Below are positions 1 to 9,403 of a DNA stretch of 36,768 bases, piece by piece (position 1 is the stretch's first letter; each line of letters starts with the position of its first letter). The notes beneath the pieces are model-generated. The model was not told the DNA's origin, did not search any database, and worked only from the letters and a program-made list of their open reading frames with translations. Source of the DNA: Thermoproteaceae archaeon (GTDB lineage Archaea > Thermoproteota > Thermoprotei > Thermoproteales > Thermoproteaceae); contig JAJHRB010000006.1 of assembly GCA_020833025.1 (NCBI GenBank), forward strand, positions 1-36,768, written 5' to 3'. The position numbers and the translations under genes are program-made.

Positions 1-317
1 ATCAGCTGCAGCTCTATCTTAACAGTGTCGGGAACGCGAATTGTCATCAGGCGCCTGAGCACTCTCTCGGAGGCCTCTATGTCTATGAGCCGCTTGGATA
101 TCCTGAGCTCCCAGTGGTCGAAGGTGTGGTACCCCTGTCCCGAGGGCGCCCTCCTGACGGTCACCGTCAGGCGGCGCGTCGGGAGCGGTATTGGCCCGCT
201 GACCCCGACGCCCATCTTCCTAGCCAGCTCCACTATCTCCCTTGCAACCCTGTCGACGTCTGCCGGGTTGGTGCCGTAGAGCCTGATTCTGACCTTCCTG
301 CGCGCTGCAAGCGCCAT
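1..317 (-). CDS. rps10: 30S ribosomal protein S10 (uS10); last codon(s) run off the window edge
   Basis: Not in the ORF track. Manual translation from ATG at 317: MALAARRKVRIRLYGTNPADVDRVAREIVELARKMGVGVSGPIPLPTRRLTVTVRRAPSGQGYHTFDHWELRISKRLIDI...; the GPIPLPT motif is typical of S10. Confidence 0.96.
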   Translation of the reverse strand, partial: MALAARRKVRIRLYGTNPADVDRVAREIVELARKMGVGVSGPIPLPTRRLTVTVRRAPSGQGYHTFDHWELRISKRLIDIEASERVLRRLMTIRVPDTVKIELQL

Positions 318-394
318 GACTGCCCCTGTCCCGGGCTTAAAAAATGCTGTCGGGGTGACGCATTCCTTTCAACTGCCGAGGGCCAGGTCGCCCG

Positions 395-1558
395 CTACGT
401 CTTGGCGGCTTGCGCCTGTAACTGCTGCTCCAGGATCCAGACGGGCGCGGATAGAATGGCGACATACCCGCCGAAGGCCTGCACGAGAGTTTTGCTCTCC
501 TCGACCTCGCGCGGCACGACCTCTATCCTCGCGCCGCGCCTCTCCGCGAGCATCGCGACCTCCAGCACGGCATCCTCGCCCAGCTCCTCGGCGACGATAA
601 CGACGTCCGCAATGCCCATCTCGAGCGCTCTCAAGGCCCTCTCCCTGCCGTGAACTATATAGTCGCTCTTCTTCACGGCGTAGTACATCACCCTGTCCAT
701 TGTCTCCTTGGCGCGCACGTACTCGCTCTCCCTCAAGTGCTCTCGCGCGTTCCTGATTGCCTCGATGACGCCGTACTCGTTGGCGCAGCAAGCCGGGACT
801 ACCGCTAACACGAGCCCCTTGAGGCGGTAGTCGAGACCACCCGCCTCGAGGAACTCCTCCTTCGTGGGGCCGGGCCCTGCCACAATAATTCCCTTCAGCG
901 ACGGCATGTGCAGGAAGATCTTGTTTGCCTCCTCGGCGACGAGCTTGTAGAACGTCTCGGCGAGGTGCTCGATCTGTCTCTTGAATCTATTGGCCGACTG
1001 CCCGCCCGCGTGGTGCTTTCCCGGGACGAAGAACTCAACGGTCTTCACGACCTCCCACCTGCTCCCCCGCAGCAGCGCTATCACGGCCTCGCCCCGCTCT
1101 ATTACAACTATGCCGTAAGCCGCGCCGGCGTGCAGCTGGTCTTCGAGGATCTCCGTGTGGAACGCCGTGTCGCAGATGTACTTGAATGTGTATATCGGCT
1201 GCGGCGGCACAATGACGTAGTACACCCAGTCGTAACTCCCGGGGCTCTCCATGTGAAAGCCGGCAAACAGCGCCATGCCGCTCTCCGGCGCCTTTGCCTC
1301 TCCCTTGAGGTTATTTACTATTCTCTCCAGCGCGTCTTGAACGTGAGTCCGCGTCGTCTTGTCCTTTATGTTAGACGCCGTGGCCCACTCCGACCGCAAG
1401 AAGCTCAGCACGTCCGGAATGGGCCTCTCGGTGTTGATGTACAGCGTTATGAGCGTCGTCGCGTAGCCTCTGAACTTCTTCAGCAGATTGATAAACGCCC
1501 TGAGCTCTACCGGCCTCTTTATGTAGTAAACTCCATTAGGCGGCCTGTTAAGGTGCAT
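395..1558 (-). CDS. prf1: Peptide chain release factor aRF1
   Basis: TASNIKD (NIKS-loop), YICDTAF (YxCxxxF) and GKHHAGGQSANRF (GGQ) motifs. Confidence 0.96.
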   Translation of the reverse strand: MHLNRPPNGVYYIKRPVELRAFINLLKKFRGYATTLITLYINTERPIPDVLSFLRSEWATASNIKDKTTRTHVQDALERIVNNLKGEAKAPESGMALFAGFHMESPGSYDWVYYVIVPPQPIYTFKYICDTAFHTEILEDQLHAGAAYGIVVIERGEAVIALLRGSRWEVVKTVEFFVPGKHHAGGQSANRFKRQIEHLAETFYKLVAEEANKIFLHMPSLKGIIVAGPGPTKEEFLEAGGLDYRLKGLVLAVVPACCANEYGVIEAIRNAREHLRESEYVRAKETMDRVMYYAVKKSDYIVHGRERALRALEMGIADVVIVAEELGEDAVLEVAMLAERRGARIEVVPREVEESKTLVQAFGGYVAILSAPVWILEQQLQAQAAKT

Positions 1559-1615
1559 GCAGCTGCAATCGCGCGCTAGGTTTTATATCTACACTCTCAC
1601 TTGTCGAGTGCCTGC

Positions 1616-3724
1616 TCACAGCCGTATCACGACGTCTGCCGCCTCCTCGAACTCGCCCAAGTGTGACGTCACGATTATCACGGGCACGACTGACGCGAGC
1701 TCTCTCACAAGCTCGACTACCCTCCTTCTGTGCTCTTCGTCTAGGTGCTCCGTCGGCTCGTCGAACAGCATGAAGGGCACTCTCCCTAGGAGGGCCCTGG
1801 CAAGCGCCACTCTCAGCGAGAGCGCGAGCAGGTTCTGCTCTCCCACCGAGAGCAGGCCGTGGTCTATGTGGCCAGCCTGCGTGTGTACTCTCACGACGTA
1901 GCGCCCATCGCTCTCGACAAGGCTTACGGACTTGAACGATTCCTTGTGCCTCAGCTTCAGAAACACGGCGTTTAGCTCCTCCGTCACTACTCTCAAGAGC
2001 ATCTGGCGTGCCAAGGGCTTTAGCTCCGCCAGCGCCGACCGCAAGTCTCTCGCTGCAGCGAGACTCCTGTCAAGTCTCTGCGCCTCGGCCCTCTTCTCCT
2101 CGAGCTCTCTGAGCACGCCCTCGAGCTCGCGGCCGAGCTCCTCGCTCTGGCGCCTCAACTCGGCAACTAGAGATCTCACAGACAGGTACTCCTCGTACCC
2201 GGCCTTGAGTGCAGCGAAGCGGGCCTCGGCCTCCCCAAGCCTCTCCTGCACGTCCCTGAGCTCGCGCTCCACGAGCGCCAGCCTCTTGCCAATTTCTCCT
2301 GCCCTCCTCTCGGCCTCTTCCTTTCTCGCCCTTGCCAACTCCAGCCGCTCCCTCGCGTCGCGCTCCCTGCTCAGCAGCGCGAGTAAGTAGGCCCTCCTGG
2401 ACTCGACCTCCCTTTTCCTCCGGTAAAGCGCCTCGAGCTCCGCGAGCCTCCTCCTCGCAGACTCCACGTCCACACCGGCGTACTCCCTGTACAGCTGGTA
2501 CTTCCTGTCGAGCTCTTCCAGCCTCCTCTCCTCGCCGCGCAGCGCCTCTAGCCGCTCCGAGAGGCGCCTCAGCTCCTCCTCCAGCGTCGCCACCTCGGCC
2601 TCGTGCCTCTTTATGGTCTCGCCCGAGAGCGGGGACCCGCAGATCGGGCAGCGGCCGCCCTCGGCGCGCCGTGCCAGCCTTATCACGTCCCTGAGAAGCT
2701 CGAGTCTCGACTTCACGACCGCGTGCGCGGCACTCACCTCCTCGACCCTCCTCCTGACCTCCGCCAGCAGGGCGGGGTCGTAGCTCCTGATCTCGGGCGG
2801 AATTCTCTCGGCCAGCGACACGAGCCTCTTGAGCTCCTGATACTGCGCCTCCACGTCCTCAATCTCGGGGAGCGACTTCAGCTCGTCCGCCGCCCTGGCG
2901 ATCTCTGCCAGCTCGCCCTCCACTGCCCTGAGATCTCTGTCCGCGTCGAGCACCGCTCTCGCGCACTCCTCTGCCTCCCTCTCAAGCGCCTCTCTCTCCT
3001 TGGCCAGAGACGCGAAGCGCTCTCTGAGCTCGACGTATGCCCGCTCGGCGCTCCTGTACTCAGACTCGATGCCCTGCATCTCCGCGAGCCTTCTCTCCGC
3101 CTCCGCGAGCCTCTCCGCCAGCGCCTTTATTCTCTCGCGGAGTTGCGCGGCTCTGCGCTCCAGCTCTTCAACCCTCCCCCCTGCCCGCTCGCGCCTTGCC
3201 CTCAACTCTCCTAGCGCGTCCCTCAAGATCTCGTCCAGCTTGTCAAACACGTCGAGGCGGAGCACGCGGTCTAAGTACTCCGGCTCCTGCAAGATTTTCC
3301 TGAGCTCCCCCTGCCTCACGTACAGCAGATTGCGGTACTCCTCAATGCCGAGGCCCAGCATGGATGTCACCGCGCTCGTTACCTCCGCGTCGCCCCTAGC
3401 GACAACGCCGCCGTTCACCGACAGGTAAGTTCCGGAGGACACGCTGCCGCTATCGCTGAACCTCCTCACCACGAGGACCTGGCTGCCGGCATACTCGATC
3501 TGCAGCCTCACCTCGCCGGCAGGAGTCCCGCGCCTGAGGTACGCGGACCACCTGCTGCCGACGCGCCTCACCCACTGCGAGCCGAAGAGCGCGACGGACA
3601 CAGCCTCCATTATGGATGTCTTGCCCGAGCCGTTGGGCCCGTGTATGAAGTTAACCCCCTCCCCGAACCTGAGGGCAGCGTGGGAGTGCGCCTTGAAGTT
3701 CAAAAGCTCGAGCCCCCGGATCAC
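1616..3724 (-). CDS. rad50: DNA double-strand break repair ATPase Rad50
   Basis: Walker A GPNGSGKTS, Q-loop YVRQGE, coiled coils with central CPICG zinc hook, signature LSVGEQ, Walker B/D-loop LFDEPTEHLD, H-loop TSH; adjacent to mre11. Confidence 0.96.
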   Translation of the reverse strand: MIRGLELLNFKAHSHAALRFGEGVNFIHGPNGSGKTSIMEAVSVALFGSQWVRRVGSRWSAYLRRGTPAGEVRLQIEYAGSQVLVVRRFSDSGSVSSGTYLSVNGGVVARGDAEVTSAVTSMLGLGIEEYRNLLYVRQGELRKILQEPEYLDRVLRLDVFDKLDEILRDALGELRARRERAGGRVEELERRAAQLRERIKALAERLAEAERRLAEMQGIESEYRSAERAYVELRERFASLAKEREALEREAEECARAVLDADRDLRAVEGELAEIARAADELKSLPEIEDVEAQYQELKRLVSLAERIPPEIRSYDPALLAEVRRRVEEVSAAHAVVKSRLELLRDVIRLARRAEGGRCPICGSPLSGETIKRHEAEVATLEEELRRLSERLEALRGEERRLEELDRKYQLYREYAGVDVESARRRLAELEALYRRKREVESRRAYLLALLSRERDARERLELARARKEEAERRAGEIGKRLALVERELRDVQERLGEAEARFAALKAGYEEYLSVRSLVAELRRQSEELGRELEGVLRELEEKRAEAQRLDRSLAAARDLRSALAELKPLARQMLLRVVTEELNAVFLKLRHKESFKSVSLVESDGRYVVRVHTQAGHIDHGLLSVGEQNLLALSLRVALARALLGRVPFMLFDEPTEHLDEEHRRRVVELVRELASVVPVIIVTSHLGEFEEAADVVIRL

Positions 3725-4905
3725 GCGCGCTGCTCGTAGAGCGCCCTCATTATCAGTCTGTAGGCCCCCTCTCTATTGCCGTCCCGCAGTAGCTCCATGG
3801 CCTTTATGACAGTCTCGGCGTATCCGCCGAGCCTCTCCCTCACCAGGCGCCAGAGCTCCTCGTACGCCGCGCCGCCCCTCGCGCCCGGCTCGCGCCGCGG
3901 CGCGGACTTGTAGACGGCGTCAACGTAGAGCGCCCTCGAGAACGCCGACGCTATCTGCCCCGCCCTCACGCCGCCATCCGGGGCCCCCCATATCTCGATC
4001 CGTATCACCGCGCCGTCCCTGTCAAACGCCCTCACAGACTCGTCTATCGCGCGCAGCAGATCCTCCCTATCGCGCACGAAGAGCCTGAGCCTGTACATCG
4101 GGCGCCTCGCGGGCAGCGGAATCGACTTGACCGACACGCCCCTCCCGGCGATATCCAGCAAGACGGCGCCCTTCTGCGCCGCGCTCTGGACTCTCTCGAA
4201 CCTCCCCGCGTAATTCCACGTCTCGAACTCGCCGGCGTCCCACAGCTCTAGCGAGCCGGCCCAAACCGCGCCCACCGGGTGCGTGAGCATGTGGTCGTGC
4301 ACGTGGCCGGCCGCAATGTGCAAGTAGCGCACGCCGCGGAACACCTCTGCCGGCATGGTGTACTCATCCGCCTCGGCTGGATACCTAGCCCTCACGCCCT
4401 CGATTGCCTGGTGTATTGCCAGCACGCAGTTGGGAGGCGCCTTCTGGAGGGCCCTCTTGTACTCGCCGGCGTAGGCCCTCGGCGTGGCGCACGCGCCGAA
4501 CACGTGAACGCCGCCTGCGTCCGCAGCCTCCCAGCACAGCAGCCTTATCACGCCGAGCCTGTCAAGGAGGCTCAGCACTGTGTCGTGCGGGCCGCACCGC
4601 TGGGCCTGGCAGTCTCCTGCCTCTGCCCTGTACCTCACGTAACTGAAGTCGTGATTTCCGCCCACGACGTAGATCGGCACGCCGATCTCTCTGACGGCCT
4701 CGACGAACCTCACGACGGACCTCACGGGAGGCCTTCTCGAGTCAAACAGGTCTCCTGTGATGAGCACTGCGTCTGCCCCCCTCCCAAGCCTGACGGCATC
4801 CTCAAGCGCCCTGTAGTAGTCCTCCTCGCGCGCTTGCAGCTGGTACTGCGCGCGCCCGAGGTGGGCGTCTGAGATGTGGAGGATTTTCACGGGCGCCAGC
4901 GTCAC
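3721..4905 (-). CDS. mre11: Mre11 nuclease
   Basis: Phosphoesterase motifs ILHISDAHLG, GDLFD, GGNHD, HQAIEG, GHVH; 4-nt overlaps with herA and rad50. Confidence 0.95.
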   Translation of the reverse strand: MTLAPVKILHISDAHLGRAQYQLQAREEDYYRALEDAVRLGRGADAVLITGDLFDSRRPPVRSVVRFVEAVREIGVPIYVVGGNHDFSYVRYRAEAGDCQAQRCGPHDTVLSLLDRLGVIRLLCWEAADAGGVHVFGACATPRAYAGEYKRALQKAPPNCVLAIHQAIEGVRARYPAEADEYTMPAEVFRGVRYLHIAAGHVHDHMLTHPVGAVWAGSLELWDAGEFETWNYAGRFERVQSAAQKGAVLLDIAGRGVSVKSIPLPARRPMYRLRLFVRDREDLLRAIDESVRAFDRDGAVIRIEIWGAPDGGVRAGQIASAFSRALYVDAVYKSAPRREPGARGGAAYEELWRLVRERLGGYAETVIKAMELLRDGNREGAYRLIMRALYEQRA

Positions 4906-6737
4906 GAGTGCCTTATTACCTCCACTGCCTCCTCAAGCGCCTTGTAGATGTGAGCGCACGGCCTCCCCGCGCCGCAGGCGTTGCACACGGGCCTCCCGTT
5001 GTCTATGACCACGGCGACCTCCCTATCCCCGTCGAGGAGCGTCACCACCACGCGCCCCCCCTCGCGCGCCTTTCTAAGCGTCTTCAGCCTCGCGGCGGTG
5101 ATTGTGATGTCCGGAGTTGGCAGCGAGCTGTAAAGCCTGCGCCACAGCTGCACCGCGCCGAGGGCCTTGCTCGGCCTCCACGCCGCGTCGAGGTCTATGT
5201 CCGCGCCGCCGTAATCGAGCGTCCTGTCTCTCAGCTTGATGACAGTGGGCACTCTGACCACCGGGCCCAGCACGACTGCCTCGCCCACGTCAAGCCCGGG
5301 CAGGTTCTCGAGGAACTCCTGCGCCAAGAGCTCGCTGCTATCTCTGATCGCCTCCTGGTCCTTTGGATTTATTACACGCATTATTACCTGGCTCTGGCAC
5401 TGGCTCATTATGTCGGCGTCCACCTTGCTGGGCCTCTGGCTCACTACGACCAGGTACACCCCGAACTTCCGACCCTCGAATGCCACTCTGCTTAGTATCT
5501 CGTAAGACTTTGTCCGCCTCAGCGCCTTCGGGGGCGCGAATCTGTGCGCCTCCTCCACGAAAACGACGACGGGCCACGGTATCTTGGCCCCCCGGAGCGA
5601 CCTCACGTGCCGCACCCTCGCGCTGAAGACCCGCGAGAGTAAGTGGTACACGACGTAGTCCTGAACCTCCTCGTTAACGCCGGCGAGGTTGACTATGGTC
5701 ACGTCCGCGAGGACCCGGGACAGCGGCGTTGACCTCGACGAGAACACGCCAAGCCTCCTCAGCCTCCTCAGGTACGTCAGGGCGCTGAATATTGCGTGCC
5801 GGTCCCTTCTCGCGAGCTGCATCAAGTCATCCCTCACGAAGTCCGAGGCGGCCCCCAGCTGGTGGAGTAGCTTGTTGAGCGCTGCCTCGCCCCGCAGCGC
5901 CGTCCGAAGCACGCCCTGCATGAACGAGAGGCCGGCTGGCCTGCCGAGAGTCTCGCGCGCCTTGCGCGCGCACGCCCACGCCAGGTATATCGCGTACCTT
6001 ATCTTCTTGGCTCCGGCGGGCACCCCGGCGGCGTTTGCAATTGCGTCGGGGTCGCTGTCGAGCACGCCTATTCTGTACGTGACGTCGCCGGCGTGCTGCC
6101 TCGAGACTCTAACCACAATCGCGGAGAACGGGCCGAGTCTGTGCACGCTGTCCCGGATTGGCACGTACTCGCCGTGCGGGTCTACCACGACGACCTTTGC
6201 GCCCCTCTTGACCAGCTCCTCTACAAGCACCACGGAGAACCACGTCTTGCCGCTGCCTGTTGCCGCTATGACTGCCACGTGGCGCTTTATGCCGTTAACG
6301 TCCAGGCATATCTCGATATCCCTGCTGACAAGCCTCCCGACGCAGAGACCGCGCTCCACCTTGAAAATCTCGCGCAGCTCCGCGTCCTCGGCCGCGTAAA
6401 CGGGGGCCCCCACTCTCGGCGGGTATTTCGGCTGTCTGAGCTCGCCGTCATGCACGTACCCGAGGACCCTGACCCTCGCAATTTGAACCTCCAGGATGTT
6501 GCTCGCAACCTCCCTGATCACGCTATACAGAGACATATCTCTCTTGGCCGAGTAGGGGCTCCTGAAAATCCTCACCACCTGGCCGAGCAGCCTCACATTG
6601 AGGTACTCATTGGCGTGGCTGTCGTACTCCACGTGCTCGACCGTGACGTAATCGTACAGGCTGACGGGTCTCTCTGGGTCGAGCGTTGCGATGAACTCAA
6701 GCGGCGAGCTCGCCGATATTACATAGCCAATTCTCAT
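4902..6737 (-). CDS. herA: HerA helicase/translocase with a C-terminal Cys/His zinc-finger extension
   Basis: Likely start is ATG 6737 (MRIGYVISASSP..., HAS barrel); Walker A AATGSGKT, DPHGEY, Walker B FVEEAHRF, EGRKFG, SQRP. The ORF-track start at 6800 overlaps nurA and is unlikely. Confidence 0.93.
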   Translation of the reverse strand: MRIGYVISASSPLEFIATLDPERPVSLYDYVTVEHVEYDSHANEYLNVRLLGQVVRIFRSPYSAKRDMSLYSVIREVASNILEVQIARVRVLGYVHDGELRQPKYPPRVGAPVYAAEDAELREIFKVERGLCVGRLVSRDIEICLDVNGIKRHVAVIAATGSGKTWFSVVLVEELVKRGAKVVVVDPHGEYVPIRDSVHRLGPFSAIVVRVSRQHAGDVTYRIGVLDSDPDAIANAAGVPAGAKKIRYAIYLAWACARKARETLGRPAGLSFMQGVLRTALRGEAALNKLLHQLGAASDFVRDDLMQLARRDRHAIFSALTYLRRLRRLGVFSSRSTPLSRVLADVTIVNLAGVNEEVQDYVVYHLLSRVFSARVRHVRSLRGAKIPWPVVVFVEEAHRFAPPKALRRTKSYEILSRVAFEGRKFGVYLVVVSQRPSKVDADIMSQCQSQVIMRVINPKDQEAIRDSSELLAQEFLENLPGLDVGEAVVLGPVVRVPTVIKLRDRTLDYGGADIDLDAAWRPSKALGAVQLWRRLYSSLPTPDITITAARLKTLRKAREGGRVVVTLLDGDREVAVVIDNGRPVCNACGAGRPCAHIYKALEEAVEVIRHS

Positions 6738-6741
6738 GCAC

Positions 6742-8037
6742 TCACGGGCCCAATGCCATCCTGACCCTCCTGGCCACGTCCATGTCCGCGCTCGCCGCAA
6801 CCCTCCTAATGTAGGCCACGTACTCCGAGATCTGGCGCGAGCTGAATGACGCTATCACGTGCGCGTACCAGAGCCACGTGTTGTAGTGAACCGGGTCTCT
6901 GTACTGCTGGGCCAGAATGCCCGCAACATCGCCCACCCCGGCCGTGAGGCAGAATGCCTTCGCGGGAGTCCCGTCGAACATCCGGGACCCGTAGGCCGGC
7001 ACCTCGACCAGTAGCGGCGTGTCGCTGTCGTTGAGCTTGATGTAGAGAAGGTAAAGCTTTGGTACTGCCTCGAGCGCCTCTCGTAGCGCCTCCGCCATAC
7101 CGGCAGCGCCGTCCCCCTGCGGCCTAAATACCGCCGAGTCCCTGAGCCTCTCCGCCGCGGCCTCGGAGAGCCTCTCCGCCGCCGTCAAGCCCCTGTAATT
7201 TAGATGCGCGTCGCAACACCCTAGGAGCATGGGCGCGGTGTAGCTGCCCGCCGGGAGCAGTCTGGCGAGCAGCTCTGAGTCTGTTATTGACTGGGAGAGC
7301 AGTAATGACACGAGCCTGGCGCTCTCGCGATCTAGCGACTGGGCCGCCTTGTAGAAATCTATCAACTCCCTTCTGTACTTGCGCAGCCAGAGCACTGAGT
7401 ACCAGAGGAGCCCTCTAGCGAAAACCCCGTCGCGGTACTTCTCGCTCAGCTTCTCAAATATTGCGTGCTCCTTGAGCAGCCTGAGACTCGAGTCCTTGGA
7501 GACAAAGACCAGCCTGACTCCGCGTCTCTGCGCGCTCGTGAGGAGCCTTGAGAGACTAAGCAGCGCCCTTGCGAGCTCCGGGGCGTGGTAGAGGCTCTGG
7601 AATTCCCGCGAGATTGCCAGGCTGCGCACGAGCTTGGTGACTCTGACGTAAAGCGAGCCGTCCGCCAGCAGCACCTTAATGTCGTGCTTCTCGATTGCCT
7701 TCAGCCCCGCGAGCGACTCCACCGTTATGAGATACGCCCACAGCAGCGGCGGAGAGTCCGCTATTGCTATGTCAACTAGGAACTCCCTCTCGATAAAGTC
7801 AGGCCCCACGGCAGCGGCTCTGGCCAGTACGACGTGGTGCCCGTTTGAGAGCTTGACTGTTACCGCGCCGCCGTCAACGCCGGCAGTCTCGGGACTCTCG
7901 CGCGGCGCTCTCACGCCGAGCGCAGGCAGCCTGCCAGCCAGCATCTCGATTGGGTACTCCTGCTCGAGACTGCTGGCTAAGTACTTGCGCAGCTTCCTAC
8001 TCACCTGCGACATGAACTCGTCGAAGAAATAGTCCAC
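6742..8037 (-). CDS. nurA: NurA 5'-3' nuclease
   Basis: AGVDGG and LLADGSL acidic motifs, C-terminal ..LWYAH; first gene of the herA-mre11-rad50 run. Confidence 0.88.
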   Translation of the reverse strand: MDYFFDEFMSQVSRKLRKYLASSLEQEYPIEMLAGRLPALGVRAPRESPETAGVDGGAVTVKLSNGHHVVLARAAAVGPDFIEREFLVDIAIADSPPLLWAYLITVESLAGLKAIEKHDIKVLLADGSLYVRVTKLVRSLAISREFQSLYHAPELARALLSLSRLLTSAQRRGVRLVFVSKDSSLRLLKEHAIFEKLSEKYRDGVFARGLLWYSVLWLRKYRRELIDFYKAAQSLDRESARLVSLLLSQSITDSELLARLLPAGSYTAPMLLGCCDAHLNYRGLTAAERLSEAAAERLRDSAVFRPQGDGAAGMAEALREALEAVPKLYLLYIKLNDSDTPLLVEVPAYGSRMFDGTPAKAFCLTAGVGDVAGILAQQYRDPVHYNTWLWYAHVIASFSSRQISEYVAYIRRVAASADMDVARRVRMALGP

Positions 8038-8055
8038 GATAAAATTTCACACGCT

Positions 8056-8070
8056 GTAATTTATAATTGC
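8056..8070 (-). promoter_or_regulatory. TATA box of the nurA operon (leaderless start), within a divergent promoter region
   Basis: Minus strand reads AATTATAAATTA roughly 20-30 nt upstream of the nurA GTG at 8037. Confidence 0.6.
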
Positions 8071-8197
8071 AGCTGAAGCTCACTATAGCAGAGCTCGCAA
8101 AAAGTTTCAGCGCTGTATTTACAACAGAGGCAGGGATCGCGGGCCCAAATACTCTGCGGGGCCCCGTGCCGAGCGCGCCGCAGCCGCGCGCGGGAGA

Positions 8198-9352
8198 GTG
8201 CCGGGAGGAAAAATTTTAGCGGGGGCCGCACTGGCTGCAGTGGAGGATTTAGTAGCCAAGATCTCGCAAGCCAGAAGGGCTCTCGATTCACTCTTCTTCA
8301 AGCTCACAGACGAAATCACGGCCAGCCTGACGGCAATAGTCACGCGCGAGAACTTCCTCCTGGTGGGCCCCCCCGGCACAGCCAAGACCATGCTCATTGC
8401 GTGCATTTCAAAACTGCTGAAGGCGAAGTGGTTCTACCGCCTCCTCACAAAGTTCACGGAGGTGGAGGAGATCATAGGCCCAATTGACATCGTCGAGCTA
8501 TTAAAGGGGAGCGTGAAAAGAATATACACAAATTCAATAGTTGATGCAGACCTAGCACTGCTTGATGAGATATTCAATGCATCGAGCGCAATTTTAAATA
8601 CAATGTTGACAATTCTCAACGAGAGAGTGATTTATGACGGCGGGAGCATAATACCGGTGAGGACGTGGGCTGTGTTCGGCGCCTCCAACAGAGTACCGGA
8701 GGAGGAGGAGCTTCAAGCGCTCTATGACAGATTCCCGCTGCGCGTGTTCACCAAGTACGCGCAGCCGGACGAGACCGAGCAGCTGATGAGGGCCGGGCTC
8801 CTGCTCCGGAAGAAGCTCGACAGGCTAGTGCCTGTCATGACAATGGACGAGGTGAGAAAGCTGAACGACTGTACACTAGAGTTTGCATACGAGCACTTGG
8901 ATACAATAGTAAAGCACACGTCACCCATTGTCGCATCCTACTTGGACCACGTGATGATATCCAATAGGACGCGGGTTAAAATCCCGCTCTACGTCATAGC
9001 GTACTTGACAGTGCTGGGGATCCCGCCGTCTGAAATTGACGCGGCAGCGCTGAGGGCGGCAACGCTGAAAGTGCTAAAGTATCTGGTCGGGAACAGGGAA
9101 AATCTCGCCGAGTACGAGGCCTTCCTCGCGTCGCACATGCCCGGCGGCTTGTCTATTCTGTACGACATCGTCAACGAGATAAAGGCGCTCATATCCAGCA
9201 ATGCTCTCTCTCTGGCCAGGGAGAAAATTAAGGAGGCCTACGAGCTGCTGGAGAAGTCGCAGCGGGATCCAGTAATAACTAGGTTCTTCCACGTAGAACT
9301 TGAGGAGATAGGCCAGGCGCTTAGGAGCATTAAGAGCCAGGTGCTATTCTAG
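8198..9352 (+). CDS. MoxR-family (RavA-like) AAA+ ATPase
   Basis: LLVGPPGTAKT Walker A, LALLDEIFNAS Walker B, GASN sensor I, ALYDRF arginine finger; followed by a VWA gene. Confidence 0.9.
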   Translation: MPGGKILAGAALAAVEDLVAKISQARRALDSLFFKLTDEITASLTAIVTRENFLLVGPPGTAKTMLIACISKLLKAKWFYRLLTKFTEVEEIIGPIDIVELLKGSVKRIYTNSIVDADLALLDEIFNASSAILNTMLTILNERVIYDGGSIIPVRTWAVFGASNRVPEEEELQALYDRFPLRVFTKYAQPDETEQLMRAGLLLRKKLDRLVPVMTMDEVRKLNDCTLEFAYEHLDTIVKHTSPIVASYLDHVMISNRTRVKIPLYVIAYLTVLGIPPSEIDAAALRAATLKVLKYLVGNRENLAEYEAFLASHMPGGLSILYDIVNEIKALISSNALSLAREKIKEAYELLEKSQRDPVITRFFHVELEEIGQALRSIKSQVLF

Positions 9353-9403
9353 CGCGGGCGCCAGCTCGGAGGCGCGGTTAAAAATCCGCGCGGCAAGGTC
9401 TGA

